A model generated the notes under the pieces. It was given only the letters and a program-made list of their open reading frames with translations, was not told where the DNA came from and did no database searches. Both the position numbers and the translations under genes were made by a program. A stretch of DNA of 62,890 bases, counting the filler, from Reclinomonas americana ATCC 50394 (Eukaryota), in the NCBI GenBank assembly GCA_048213135.1. It is 7 parts of 4 records of this genome, joined end to end, with 100 filler letters (N's around TTAATTAATTAA, not from the genome) between each part and the next. Parts side by side here need not be neighbours in the genome. Positions count along the whole stretch, not along the records: positions 45,506 to 51,169 come from PS015510.1; positions 51,270 to 54,029 come from PS015510.1; positions 54,130 to 58,568 come from PS015513.1; positions 58,669 to 62,890 come from PS015513.1; 3 more parts are not named here. One strand, 5' to 3'. Shown piece by piece: positions 50,858 to 62,890 of the stretch; within the stretch, counting starts at the first letter, position 1, and each line of letters starts with the position of its first letter.

Positions 50858-53800
50858 CTAGAAGCGCGGTCGGAACTCAATGTGCACGCCATACTCTGGA
50901 GTGTAGGTGAATCGCGGCACGGCCACCGGCTCCTGCACGCGTGTGCTTGAGACTGACGGGATTGAAGAAGAATCATGTGAGAAAAATCAGCGTTCACCTC
51001 TTTGTCGTGCGAGATGAGATCAAAGTTGTAGAGCAGGCGTGACAGCGTCAGTGCTTGCTCCGCCAGGCTAAAGTGCGTGCCGATGCAATGTCGCGGTCCT
51101 CTGCCACACAGCAAAAACTGTCGGCACCAACGAGCACATGGTGGTGAACTGGAGTGAGGTGAACGCAACNNNNNNNNNNNNNNNNNNNNNNNNNNNNNNN
51201 NNNNNNNNNNNNNTTAATTAATTAANNNNNNNNNNNNNNNNNNNNNNNNNNNNNNNNNNNNNNNNNNNNTTGGAGAATATGACGTTGGCTGCGGGCACAC
51301 GTGAGAGAGTGAGCGGCGTGCTGCAGGTGCAGAGACGAAGAAGGAGCGACTCACCAAACACTGGCAAGTTCTCCAGTTTGTGCTGATCCACCCAGCTGCA
51401 TCGTGAAGTGGTCAGCTTTCTGTGCACCTCAACATGCAATAGAAAAGAGGCGTACCGATCGGGAATGAACTGGTCAGCATCGTCGCCAAACACTGCGGGG
51501 TCAGTGGTGACGGCTGCGAGCGTAAGGAAGACGTTGCACTGCACGCAGAGACGAGCGTATGAGTATGACGATGGTGGTAGCAGACTGTGCTGGCAACAAA
51601 TGCACCCCGGCCGGGATCGTAACGCCATTGGAGAGTTTGAGCGGCGACACGGTGACACTGCAAGCAGCGCAGCGGTCAGTCTGTGCTCCTTCTAACATTA
51701 TTCACGCGATCACACATGCACAAACTCGCCGCGCCACTGCCATTGCCGGGTTGAAAAGGCGGAGACTGCGGCGGTGACGCGCGTGAGTTTTTGTGATCGA
51801 GACCCCCCTCGAGCGCTGCGGTGACGAGGCCGCAACTTTTCCCAGATGACCGACCACAGCAGGCGACACGACTTGAGCTCGTCATACGTCGGCGTGCTGT
51901 GCAGCGATTGCAGATGCCTGCCAAGATTCTCCTCCACCTCCGCCTGCAGGCGCGTCATCAGCTCCGGTCGTGACGCAATGTTCCAGCACGCCCACGAGAG
52001 TGCACTGTCAAACGGGAAATGTCAAGCGGCTGGCGAGGAGGGCGACACACGAGTATAGGGAAGGGAAAGAGTGCAAGGCGAGAGTGGCGACTATGGACAT
52101 CAGTCACGCATTCCGCTGCAATTGCAACGTACCGACTGGTGGTGTCTTGCCCAGCTGTTGCAACCATCAACAACAGTGAGGGGCATGGCGACAGAAGCAG
52201 ACAGAGTGCGACTCACCTACAATAAAGGTCGTGACTCTGCACGCGAAGAGTAGAGGGACCGTGAGCTCGAGCAGCAGGCACACGAGCTGGCGTGTTGTCT
52301 CAAGCACTGCACGCAACTGATCTCTCAGTTCCTCCATCGAGAACTCGTCACGCATATCCGCACACGCCTCCAACACTGCATCCAACAGATCGACACCGGT
52401 GCGCACACGGCGCTCCGCCAGCTCCGTCTGCGACTCGTCGAGACGAGCCTGAATCAGCTCCACAAAGTACTTGTGCACATACTCGATGTTCTTCTCGTAC
52501 GCGCGCTGACGCGCAGTGCGGAAGAGCTTGTGATACATTCCTTGAAACCGCGCGGCGCCCTCCACCAAGCTGCGCGAAGGAGCGGGAAATGGGACACAGA
52601 GAGAAAGAGAGTGGGCGTTGAAGGAGTAGCGCAACATTGCGTCAATGGCCCTCGAATACGGCGATCCTTCGGCAATGGCAGACGACTTGTGGCTGAACGT
52701 CGTTCGCATGATGACCTCGTAGGCCATGTTCTGCAGCAGCGGAAGCACATTGTGCTTGTGGTCGGCCGGTTGCGCGCGAATGGCCTCGATCAGCTCGTAG
52801 CACACTTGATCAACTACGGGCACAAGGGAGAGGTGAGGTAAAGGAGGCAAAAGGTGTCTGCTGTCGCTGATGGATCAATGTCATCGAGCGTGTGAACTGT
52901 GTGCAGATGATCACGTTGCAGGAAAGATGGAGTTGTCTTGACGAGCAGAGACACTGCAGCCTACTGTAGCACGGGAGAAAGAAATCTGAGGACACATACT
53001 ATGTTGTTGCCACCCTCGCTTGTGTTTTCTGTTGCTGCACGCAGTGCAGGAGTAACTCTTCGACATGACCTCGCTCACGCGCATGTCGCTGAAGCTGGGG
53101 TTGAGGAGCTTTCTGCGCGCACAGATGTCGCGCGTCAATCGTCTGCTCCTCCTCCGAGAGTCAGGCACTGTTGCTCACCGCATGCGCTGCCACGGGTGGT
53201 CCTCGAGAAAGAGAAGTCCCTGTCCGAACGCCGGATGTAGCCGATGCCAGCCCTCGCTCTTGTGCACCGCGTGGTACTGCAAGCAATGCACAGTGGTGAG
53301 CAGCAGAAGTCATTTCTGTTGTTCTCCGACACGGGGAAAGACCTGCTTCAAGAACTCGCCCGCCAGCTCGTGCGATCCAATGGAGATCAGCGGTTGGAGG
53401 AGTATGCGCATAGACACCAGTGGACCCAGTCGACGATGCTCACTCACGAGGACTGTACGCGCAGTATGAGCCACAAGTTTGCGACGACTTGTCAAATTTT
53501 CCGTTGACGCAACATTTGACCCAGTCGGAGGGCGGCGCTACGAGAAGGTGAGTTGACTCAGTGAAGAAAGAGAGAAAGAGCACATAGAACGTGTACGCAA
53601 CTCAGATCGCGCACGTTGCCGAGCAGAAGACTGCGAGTCTGTGCACAGACAAAGAATCCGAACAAATGCATGTACACGTGGATGTGAGAATGCAACTCTC
53701 TCTCTCCCTCTCTCCACTCACACTCTGCCTCTCTCTCCTCCCTCTTTTGCTCTCTCTCTCTCTCTCTCTCCCCGCACGCGCTCTCTCTCCTTGACTCGCG

Positions 53801-53933
53801 TTACCTTGACAAAGGGAATGCGCAGAATGTACTTGACGTAGGCCAGGCGCCACACGACTCGAGCAAGGCCAAAGGCCAACAGCGCAAGCAACGCGTAGAA
53901 CAGTAGCCACACAACCGAGCCAAGAACGCCCAT
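50858..53933 (-). CDS. Cytochrome P450 (membrane-anchored), spanning the linker gap at 51214
   Basis: N-terminal TM MGVLGSVVWLLFYALLALLAFG. WQRMR|RKLLNPSF, I-helix AGQDTTS, spliced ExxR (ENLR), DPAVFG...FIPDR, and heme loop FS(K)|GPRHCIG. Ends YGVHIEFRPRF* at 50858. Confidence 0.9.
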
Positions 53934-54129
53934 TGCTCTCCCTTGGACACACAAGAGGACACGGAAGGGATACTGGTGGGCGGACAGCGGGACATGCAAC
54001 TTCTTCTCTTGTCTGCATATACCTGTCGANNNNNNNNNNNNNNNNNNNNNNNNNNNNNNNNNNNNNNNNNNNNTTAATTAATTAANNNNNNNNNNNNNNN
54101 NNNNNNNNNNNNNNNNNNNNNNNNNNNNN

Positions 54130-57100
54130 GGGTCGACTCCGCGCCGCACACCAACGCGGACCTTTTCAGTCGCATCAATGCCAATGTCGTAGATGGTGCC
54201 GTACGCGACCACAGCATGATGGTACAATGCAAACGTTCCACCCGATGCCTGCAGCAGCACATGAGCCAGTTGATTCTCCTTTTGTGATGAAAGAGACGTG
54301 GTGACGCACTGGTTGCGAGGCGCGGAATATGATCGACTTGTCGGAGCTGCTGCTGATGAGCTTGGTGCCTTTGGCGGCGAACCTGGAGCGCAAGGCAACT
54401 GTGAGAGAGAAAACAGACACGATGCTTGTTGTCGCACGCAACATGATAGAGGTCACTGCGGCAGAGTGGTCGTCCAGAGTTTGCACTGGTCGCATGCCGT
54501 TCGACAGATCAAAGACGTGGATCAGCCTGTCGCGACTGGCCGTAGCGATCAGACTCGAATCAGTGCCTGCAATAGAGAGCACGCCGATGAGATCGTGATG
54601 CGCTTGACAGCAATCGATTTGGCGGCAACGAAAAAAAGCGGACCATTCGAGTACGCCACTGACAGCACCTCGGCGTCGTGCGCCGTCTGGTTGTACAGCT
54701 CGGAGTAGTCATTCGTATCAAACACGCTACACACACAGAGAGAGAGAGAGAGAAAGTGCGTTACAGGACTGCAAACGTGCATTCGTGGGGAGAGCACCAC
54801 ACTCACGAACCGCACAGCACCGACACGATCGCCCACTGTCACCGACGACCCATCTGGCGACAGAGCGACGCACCGCAGTCCGCCGTCCCCAATGCTCGGC
54901 ACATCCGAGCCGACGCCTGCAACAGACAACACACGCATGCTTATGATGTCAGCGCCTTCTGTATCATTATTTCACATCCCCCTGCTTCTACTCACGAGAG
55001 TCGAGTTCGGCTGCCCTCATGGTGGTGAAATCGTACGGTTTCATGTGCACCGCCCGAATCATCTCTCGACTGTGTGGACTCCGCGACTGCGTTCCGTGTG
55101 ACGCACCCCCAAGCTGACTTGCGTTCATAGTCGACATGCTCATGGAGCTCTGGTCGCCACTGAGATCCAAATTCCAGAAACGAATCGTGTTGTCAGCGGA
55201 ACATGTCACAAACGTGCCCGCCGGCAGTGTCGTCGTTCCATTCTCCACCCCTTCATCGGTCAAGACGTGCAGCGACCACAAAAACACACACACAGAGAGA
55301 GTCAAGGCCACCGCCAGCGAGGAATGAGAACGCAAATAATTGATCAAGCAGCATCAAAGGATATATCAATGTCCCAGATGCATGCACTGTGCGCCAGGAA
55401 GGACCGAACGCGACCGATTTTCTTGGGCGCACGCAGATCCCACACAATCATGCTGCGGTCGCTGTACACACACGTGAGACGAGTGGAGTCGCCGGAGAGT
55501 CTGCAGAGCTCATGAACGTGAGTGCGCAAGCGTCTTTCGATTGTCAGGAGGGCGTGGAGCATGCGCATTCGAACCGAGCCGCCACACAGTCGGGATACTC
55601 GTCGCTGGCCGTATCAACACCTCTGCAACACGAGGACGTGTGTCGGTGAAGAACAAAAAGAAAGAGAGGACCATTCGGCAGATTATGGTTCACGCAACTT
55701 GCCCGAATGCAAATGCGTCTTGCCGAGGGCGGCCGGTTTCGGGGCAGTGCCGACGTAGGAGAGCGTGCCAATCTGGAAGATGCGCACAAAGCCGTCGACG
55801 CAGCCGACAGAGATGTACTGATCGCTGACCGAGAGGGCGAAACACTTGGGCACTTTGAGATTGATGAACTTTTCGAGTGCCCTCGAGGGACCAAAACAGC
55901 ACAGGAGACCCGTGTTGGTCACCGCATACACCGACTCCCTGTGAAAGCTGGTCAGTTCCCACTGCTCGCCGCAGTGCGCGCTCGCTGCACGACAAACCTG
56001 GCGTCACCGACACCACACGCCACATCCATGAACACCGAGCTGGTCTCGGTCTCCAGCGAGGCAGCGCGACCCTCCAGTACCTGTTGTGTGGCCTATGTGT
56101 ACACACCCATCCACCGCAAATTCAAACACTTTGCAGGGGACGCCGGCCGGGAGTGCATGAATGTACCTTGCCTGCAGAAATGCCTTGTGAACGCTGCAAG
56201 GGATAGATGCCGTCGGCGCCAATCGTCCAGAACTTGACATGGCGCGGTCCACATGTCACAAAGTACGAGCCATCCTCCGCAAACGACACGCCATACACCG
56301 GAGTCTTCAGCTTGCAGGAGGCCACCACCGAAAAGTCTTCCCAGTCCCACAGATTCATCGTGCCGTCGTGCTGCAGCCCGACCGACACCAGATACCTGCA
56401 GCGGCGACACAGTCAGCTGAGCGTGGAGGGCAGGGCCAGACAGTAAGGGAAAACGCTACGCGACTTTTCGTTGGGCGAAAATCGAACACACGAGACGCCG
56501 TACTTGTGCTGCTTCAGCTCGGCGATGCTCTGTCCACTGCTAAAGTCCCAGATGATGACCGCCGGCTGTCGACCGCTCTCGCCCACGGCCAGGTAGCGAC
56601 CAGACGGTGAGAACGCCACACACGAGATGGGCTTGTGGTTCTTGGAGAGGAAGAAACGCGTCTGGCGGTTCTTGCGCGCACTGTAGACGACCACCACACA
56701 GCCAGCCGGGTACGCTACATCACCAGTGCGTGGATTGGTGGTCAGCTGCGCGTTGGATCGCACTGTGCACCCGATGGTCCGCTCAAGCATGATTCGCTGT
56801 GCTCACACACAGTCAGCAAACACAGCAACAGGAGCGGCGACAGTGCGTGTGTGCGTATGACAGTGACAGAGACAAGTGCTCATGGAGTGGGCGCAGAGGG
56901 GGGTTGCAAAAGCGATGGCGCGAAACGATCACACTCACACGCACGCTCTCTCTCCCTCTTCTTGTTCTCTCTCTCTCACACACACACACTCTTATACCCG
57001 TGGATGCACGCTTCACATGTCTCCCCTCTTCGCGACTGTGCAGGTGCATGTGTCTGTCTCGTCACATCCTCTTACTCAACAGCCTTTTTCCCGCCTCCAG

Positions 57101-57299
57101 TCGACGACGAGGCCGACGACGCAGCAGAGGATGGACGCGGCACGTCGCTGCTGCCTGCACCGGCTGCGCCACTGCCACTACTACCGCCGGCCGAGGCCGG
57201 TCGAGCAGCAGGCTGCTTGGAGGCAGCAGCAGATGGAGCAGGCGCAGCAGCTGGAGCACCGCCTCCGCTGCTGGGTGCTGCTGGAGTGGCACGACGCAT
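54130..57299 (-). CDS. MAPKBP1: WD40 protein, MAPKBP1/WDR62 family (3' end truncated by the gap)
   Basis: LERTIGCTV...GDVAYPAGCVVVVY...AFSPSGRYLAVGESGRQPAVIIWD...HKYGVSCVRFSP, VSVGLQHDG, RHVKFW, LTCVYSDRSMIVWD, FVTCSADNTIRFWNL, AHDAEVLSVAYS, ATASRDRLIHVFD, TLDDHSAAVT. These match the MAPKBP1/WDR62 propeller. Confidence 0.88.
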
Positions 57300-57410
57300 G
57301 AGACTCACAAGACGATCACAACACACCAGAAGGCGATGAGGACAAAGGCACCTTTATGAGGACGGAGCAAGAGAGGACGGGGACAAGTCGACAAGCTGGA
57401 TTCTTCATTC

Positions 57411-58568
57411 TCAAAAGAGGACGGGAAAGTGCGACGCCATGCTGACGATGTGGTCGGCGACCAGCGATGGGTCTTTGCCGTTCTCCAGCACCTCCTGTCG
57501 CGGATCGAGAGGTGAACAAGAGCACAAACTGCACGCATTCTTCTCACTTCTCCTCACCAAGACGGAGGACAGCATGGCGTCGCCCACTTGCTTGGCAAAG
57601 TCGGAGAGGAACGTGCCGCCGGTGATGAGCAGAGCCTGTGGTGCGACTGCCAATGTGCACACGGAGGAGAGAGAGAAGCTCTTTCTTTGTCACTGCGTAC
57701 CTTGAGTGTCACCACGCACTCCCGGTGAGCGTCGCGCGACGGGCTGTAGCAGATGCACGCCAGCAGCTGTGCGATGATGGAGGAGGGAGACGATGACAGC
57801 ATCTCCACGAAAAGGTGATTGGTGCGGTCGCCCAGGCCGAGCAGCTCGCGAATGAGTCGGGCTGCGCAGCCGGCGGCCGACAAGTACGGTCCGTCCTTGC
57901 CACTCTCGGAGCCGGCCACCGTCAGCATTTGCTCACGCAGCGTCTGGTGTCCTTGTTGTGGCGACGAAGAGGATGTTGCTCCGCTGCTCTCGCCGGGTGA
58001 ACCGCGGGCGTATGCTCGGCGGGCCAGCAGACCAACGCGCAGAGGAGGCGAGCCGGTGGATGGCGAGCGAGCGGCACCCGAGGGAGATCCCACGCGGGGC
58101 GTGGCTCCGTCGTCTTCGTCGTCGGACTCGCCGGCTTCGCGTACCTTTTGTGCGCGCTGTCGCGCAGCGTGCTGCTCGTTGATCTGCTCCCGCAGCTTCT
58201 TGCTCTCTGCGGGAATCGACAGCGAGGCACTGGCATGGCGGGCGAGGTGAGCGCGAGCTGGGAGAGAAGAGGCGCACGAGCACGCAACAGCTCTTGCCCG
58301 AGAGCCTCCTCGAGCGAGCGTGGCACGTCGCGGGAATCGATCGAGGTCTCGCCGTTGGGGCCGACAGTGAGGTCCACCTTGCGCAGCGCTCCACTGGCGC
58401 CCTTGACGGCGGCGTCGAGAATGCTTTGCAGTCGATGGAGCACCGGCACCACGCGCACGCCGTGCTTGTCGGTCCACAGTAGGTGCTTGAGGAATTCGAG
58501 CCCTGCACGAGTGCGCTTGCTGTGAGTACCACCCTGCATTCTCTCCATCGGTGCCGCCACTACAGATT
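57411..58568 (-). CDS. Hypothetical protein, 3' part; possibly a highly divergent kinesin motor fold
   Basis: Colinear kinesin-like remnants: QGGTHSKRT, VPRSLEEAL, MLTVAGSES (DLAGSE-like), PYLS...ARLIRELLG, ACICYSPS...ECVVTLK. The 5' part is lost in the gap. Confidence 0.5.
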
Positions 58569-58668
58569 NNNNNNNNNNNNNNNNNNNNNNNNNNNNNNNN
58601 NNNNNNNNNNNNTTAATTAATTAANNNNNNNNNNNNNNNNNNNNNNNNNNNNNNNNNNNNNNNNNNNN

Positions 58669-60363
58669 ATGGTCGCGACTGGTGTTCCTCGCCTCCTTTG
58701 CATACACTCTGCAAGCGGTGTTTGCTGTGTGGCGAGGCGCTGGAGGGTAATGAGCACCTCCTCTCTCATTTCTCACACAAGTCGCTGTATCTCTCACATG
58801 TGTCTGCGCAGGCAAAGTGGATGCGCGGAGGCTGGTGCGCTCGACCACTACTCGAGCTTGGCGGTCATCACGTGGCAGATTACGATGGTCATTGCGGTGT
58901 ACATGAATGTCATTCGACAGGTCCGCTATCACGACTCCTATGCTCGGATCTGTGCTCATTGCGCCTTTTGTGTGTGTGTGTGTTTATAGGATAAGCGCGT
59001 GTCGTCGTTCCGCTGGCACATGTACTTCACCGTGCTGTGCTATGGCCTCCCGCTGGTGGTTGTCGTGGTGCTGTACATTGTGCAGCGGACGACTGGAATC
59101 CTTGTGTATGGCTCGCCGGCCTCGGTCGATGACTGGTGCGTGTGCCATCTGTTGCTGATCATGCGTGTCTATGCGCTCTCTCACGTGTGACATGACGCAG
59201 GTGTTCCATTGGCAACGACAGCGCTGTGTTGCACATTTTCGGCGTGCTCATCTACACTGGTGTTGGCGAGGTCTTTGCGCATTCCTCCGCCATGCGTTTG
59301 TGGGCGCTTGTCTATCTCACGGTGCTGTCTTCTTTTCGCACGCAGGTTGTCTACGTTGTCGTGTGGATTGCTCTGGCTCGCTCAGCGTCACGCGCCAAGT
59401 CCATGATTATGAAGGTGAGTGTGTGAGAGAGAGAGAGAGAGTGTGTGTGCGTGTGCGTGAAGACATGCACGACAACCTTCTTCTCATCGCACCAACTCAC
59501 CCACGCTGACAACACGCAGTTTGTGGCCCGTAATCGCGAGTCCATGGACGCCATTGAAACGCGCAGCGATCTCGAAATGCTCCGAGTGCGTTACTCCTCC
59601 CTCTCTCTCTCTCTCTCCCCTTACCCTCATCATCCCCCTCCTCCGCAGAACGACGACACGGGAAGTCTCTTTAGCGGCGCGCAAGATGGCGACGAGGACG
59701 AGGAGGAGGGGGGCGGGGAGGAGGACGTGGGTGCAGGAAAAGGTGCACCGTCCGCTGCCGGCTACCTCGGGGCACCGCGCGGTGGCTCCATTGCGTCGGG
59801 TGCCTTGCCCATGACACCTGTGGCGGCGGGTTTCGGCTTGGCCACCTCCGACGTCCCTCGAGATTTCCTCACCGTGCCCGGCAATCGCCTGAGCTCGACA
59901 CCGATTGCCATCCCACAGACGGCGCCCGGTGGACGGGCCAATTCGTTCGATCACGCACTCGCTGCGGACTCTGCGTCGGTCAACAGCCACGCACTCCAGA
60001 TGCCGGCGGCTTCACTCCCGCACGACGCACCCGTGCGCCCCATGTCGACCCGCCGTATTCTACGATCGCCTGAGCAAATAATGCAAGAGAAACGCGCCTC
60101 GCATCGACGCAGCCGTGCCGTTCGCATCGACGAGCGGCGGATGACGTTGCGACAGGAGACAGTGGAGTTTCTGCGTGCCCTCCAGCCGCAAGATGACACC
60201 CTATTCGAGGACATGCTGTGGAGGCAGTTGCGATCGCTCGTGTTGAGGGATGCAGTGTGATCAGCCGCATTCGTCGCTCATACTCTTGGTTCACGCAGAT
60301 CTCGCTACTTTCGCCCTGCTGACACCATGCAAGCGCTCCTGGTTGCCGCACTGGAACCTGTCG
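58669..60363 (+). CDS. cAMP-receptor-like (CAR/GCR1/GPR157-type) GPCR, partial
   Basis: TM3-like SGCAEAGALDHYSSLAVITWQITMVIAVYMNVIRQ. TM4 YFTVLCYGLPLVVVVVLYIV. Spliced DW|CSI extracellular-loop motif, then TM5, then a long hydrophilic region. Both ends are in gaps. Confidence 0.6.
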
Positions 60364-60957
60364 GTGAGTTCATGTCTAATGTCCAATCCTGTCGATCATA
60401 CCCTCACGCCCCCCTGTCATATCGTTTCCCTCTCCTCCCCCTCTCTTCCTCCTTACCCTCTCGTTTCTCCTCTCCTCACCTCTCCTCTCCTCTCCTCTCC
60501 TCTCCTCCCCTCTCCCTCTCCCTCTCCCTCTCCNNNNNNNNNNNNNNNNNNNNNNNNNNNNNNNNNNNNNNNNNNNNNNNNNNNNNNNNNNNNNNNNNNN
60601 NNNNNNNNNNNNNNNNNNNNNNNNNNNNNNNNNNNNNNNNNNNNNNNNNNNNNNNNNNNNNNNNNNNNNNNNNNNNNNNNNNNNNNNNNNNNNNNNNNNN
60701 NNNNNNNNNNNNNNNNNNNNNNNNNNNNNNNNNNNNNNNNNNNNNNNNNNNNNNNNNNNNNNNNNNNNNNNNNNNNNNNNNNNNNNNNNNNNNNNNNNNN
60801 NNNNNNNNNNNNNNNNNNNNNNNNNNNNNNNNNNNNNNNNNNNNNNNNNNNNNNNNNNNNNNNNNNNNNNNNNNNNNNNNNNNNNNNNNNNNNNNNNNNN
60901 NNNNNNNNNNNNNNNNNNNNNNNNNNNNNNNNNNNNNNNNNNNNNNNNNNNNNNNNN

Positions 60958-61027
<70 letters not shown>

Positions 61028-61079
61028 CAAACAAACAAACACAAACAAAGGGGGCAGAGCAATGCACGCAACACTCGCG

Positions 61080-62809
61080 TCGGTTGCTTGTCAAAGTTGA
61101 ACGAGTACGACTTCCAGATACGAAGCATCCCGTAATATGACCACCACGTAGCGTGCCCGATGAACACATTCGAGTTGCCGGGCAGCAGCTGGGTGGATGC
61201 ACAAAAAAGTGAGCAAGGGCACAAGTACAATGATCGCCTGCTCTCCGCGTACCCGCACGAGGCCGGAGCAGTCTGTGAGGCGCAGGTTCTCGGGAACATT
61301 GGAGCGGAAGGGCGACCGCCGGCGACCAGCCGACTGCGGACCCAGGTAGCTGTCAATGTCCTCAATGTCGGATTGCGCCGAGAGAGCGTAGATCTCGGCC
61401 TCGGCCATTGCCTGCGAAGCCTCGTGTCAAACAGCAGAGATGATGACCTCACAATGCGTATTCATGCAGATGATACCTGTCCAGCGGCGTGATAGGCCGC
61501 GTAGCCCAGCGCCAGACCGTGGATCTGCGCGCGCACGACGCCAGCAGCCTTCCAGAACGCCGCCTCATCTGCAAAGAAATCATGAAAAAAGGGCAAGGAC
61601 GACGCCACTCGCTCTACAGCTGCTTGCTCACCGGCTTGTGAATGAGAGGCGGCGACCTGCGAGTCGTACCACGCCAGGTTCTTCTCCAGGAACTTGTGCA
61701 CGTAGTCGGGAATGCCCTTGGGGAAGGCACCGCGCATGTAGTTGCGGTGCATGAGGTACATGAGGTGCGACGTGAAGTACGACTCCAGGAAGCCGGCGCC
61801 CTCTGCTTGCTGCACGTTGCTGCAGCACGACGGAGAAGCAGTCGTCAGGCCAGAGGGCAAACACAGAGAGAAAGAGAGAGCCGAGAGTGTGCGCCGAGAC
61901 TCACGAAAAGTCCCCGTTGGTGCTGACACTCAGACGGCCCCATCCAGTGCTGTGGATCTCGTCGCGGAACGAGCCCCACGCCAGCGCGCTCTGATTTAGA
62001 CCCTCGCGGACGACAAAGCCGCGTCCATTGTCGCTCACGTACACACTGGCCTCGCGCACGTCAGCGCCCTCAGTGTGGTGGAGGTAGTGGTCGTCGAGGA
62101 ATGCTAAATGGGAAAGGGAAAGGGGAGAGAAAGGGAGAACGGGGAAGGGAGGTGAGGGGAGAAGCGATGGAGGGAGAGGGGAGAGAAAGAGACAAGGGAG
62201 AGGTGAAAAAGAGAGAGGAGGGAGAGCGAAGGGGAGGAAAAGGGTGAGAGTGTGAGGGGAAAGGGTGGAAGGAGGGAGCGGGGAGAAGGGAGAGGCATTG
62301 GGAGGGAGAGAAGCACGGAAGAGGTGAACGAGAGAGAGAAGGGAGAGCTAAGGGGAGAATGAGGGAGCGAGAGGCAAGGGAAAGCAAGAATGAGGAGAGA
62401 ATGATGTGCTGAACACGTCAAGATCTCTCTCTCTCTCTCTCTGTGCGTGCGTGTGTGCGTGTGTGTGTGTGGAGAGAGAGAGAAAGAGAGAGAGAGAAAG
62501 AGTCGCCTGCAAGTCGCTCCATTGTGAGTCTCTCCGCCCTACTCTCTCTCTCTCAATGCGTGTGTGCGTGCGTGCGTGCGTGTGTGTGTGTAAGGTTAAG
62601 TATCACCTATTTCTCCTGCGAGTCACTCTCTCTCTCTCTCTCTTCTCTCCCTCTCTCTCTCACCCTCTCTCACACATGCATGTTCGGACTTTCTCTCTCC
62701 TCCACTCACCCTCCTGCTCCTCCACACCACCGCGCAACAACGACCGCGCACACACACACTGCACAACCACAAGAAAGAGCAACACAACAACAAGTGCTCC
62801 TCTCTGCAT
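61080..62809 (-). CDS. Phospholipase B-like protein (Ntn hydrolase, PLBD family), 3' part in the gap
   Basis: Signal peptide MQRGALVVVLLFLVVVQCVCA (62809). TGWGRLSVST, QAEGAGFLESYFT, FWKAAGVVRAQIHGL, DIEDI, DCSGLVR|LLPGNSNVFIGHATWWSYYGMLRIWKSY (catalytic Cys of the CS motif). Confidence 0.9.
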
Positions 62810-62890
62810 TTGAAGACAGTGTGTGAGACTGACAAAAATTCACAAAGAGTGAGAGAGTGAGAGAGTGAGAGAGAAGTGCGTCTGTGTGCA

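Overview
This is eukaryotic (protist-like) draft genome sequence: intron-rich genes, GT-AG introns often filled with CT/GA or CA/GT microsatellites, many N gaps, and six artificial 100-bp gaps carrying a TTAATTAATTAA linker. Recognisable genes are RPF2 (Brix), an L-2-hydroxyglutarate dehydrogenase/LhgO-type flavoprotein, a MAP2K, an F-box/LRR protein, a cytochrome P450, a MAPKBP1/WDR62-like WD40 protein, a cAMP-receptor-like GPCR fragment, a phospholipase B-like protein, a Sel1-repeat protein and several coiled-coil hypotheticals. The main result is at about 2.9-20.1 kb. Two large paralogous genes sit head-to-head, with start codons about 294 bp apart. Each encodes a PB1/ubiquitin-like N-terminus, a class-3 (EDS1-like) lipase domain, a middle region and a C-terminal TRAFAC GTPase with intact G1-G4 motifs. 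One copy keeps the canonical lipase elbow (GHSLGG) and the other is degenerate (GFSTSG). Directly downstream of the degenerate copy lies a Crinkler-like gene with a putative PD-(D/E)xK nuclease fold and a non-RD kinase. Together these look like a candidate paired enzyme/pseudoenzyme cell-autonomous defence locus; that function is inference. Several small contigs are mis-oriented in the assembly and rejoin in frame when flipped. All exon structures were inferred by eye without transcript data.
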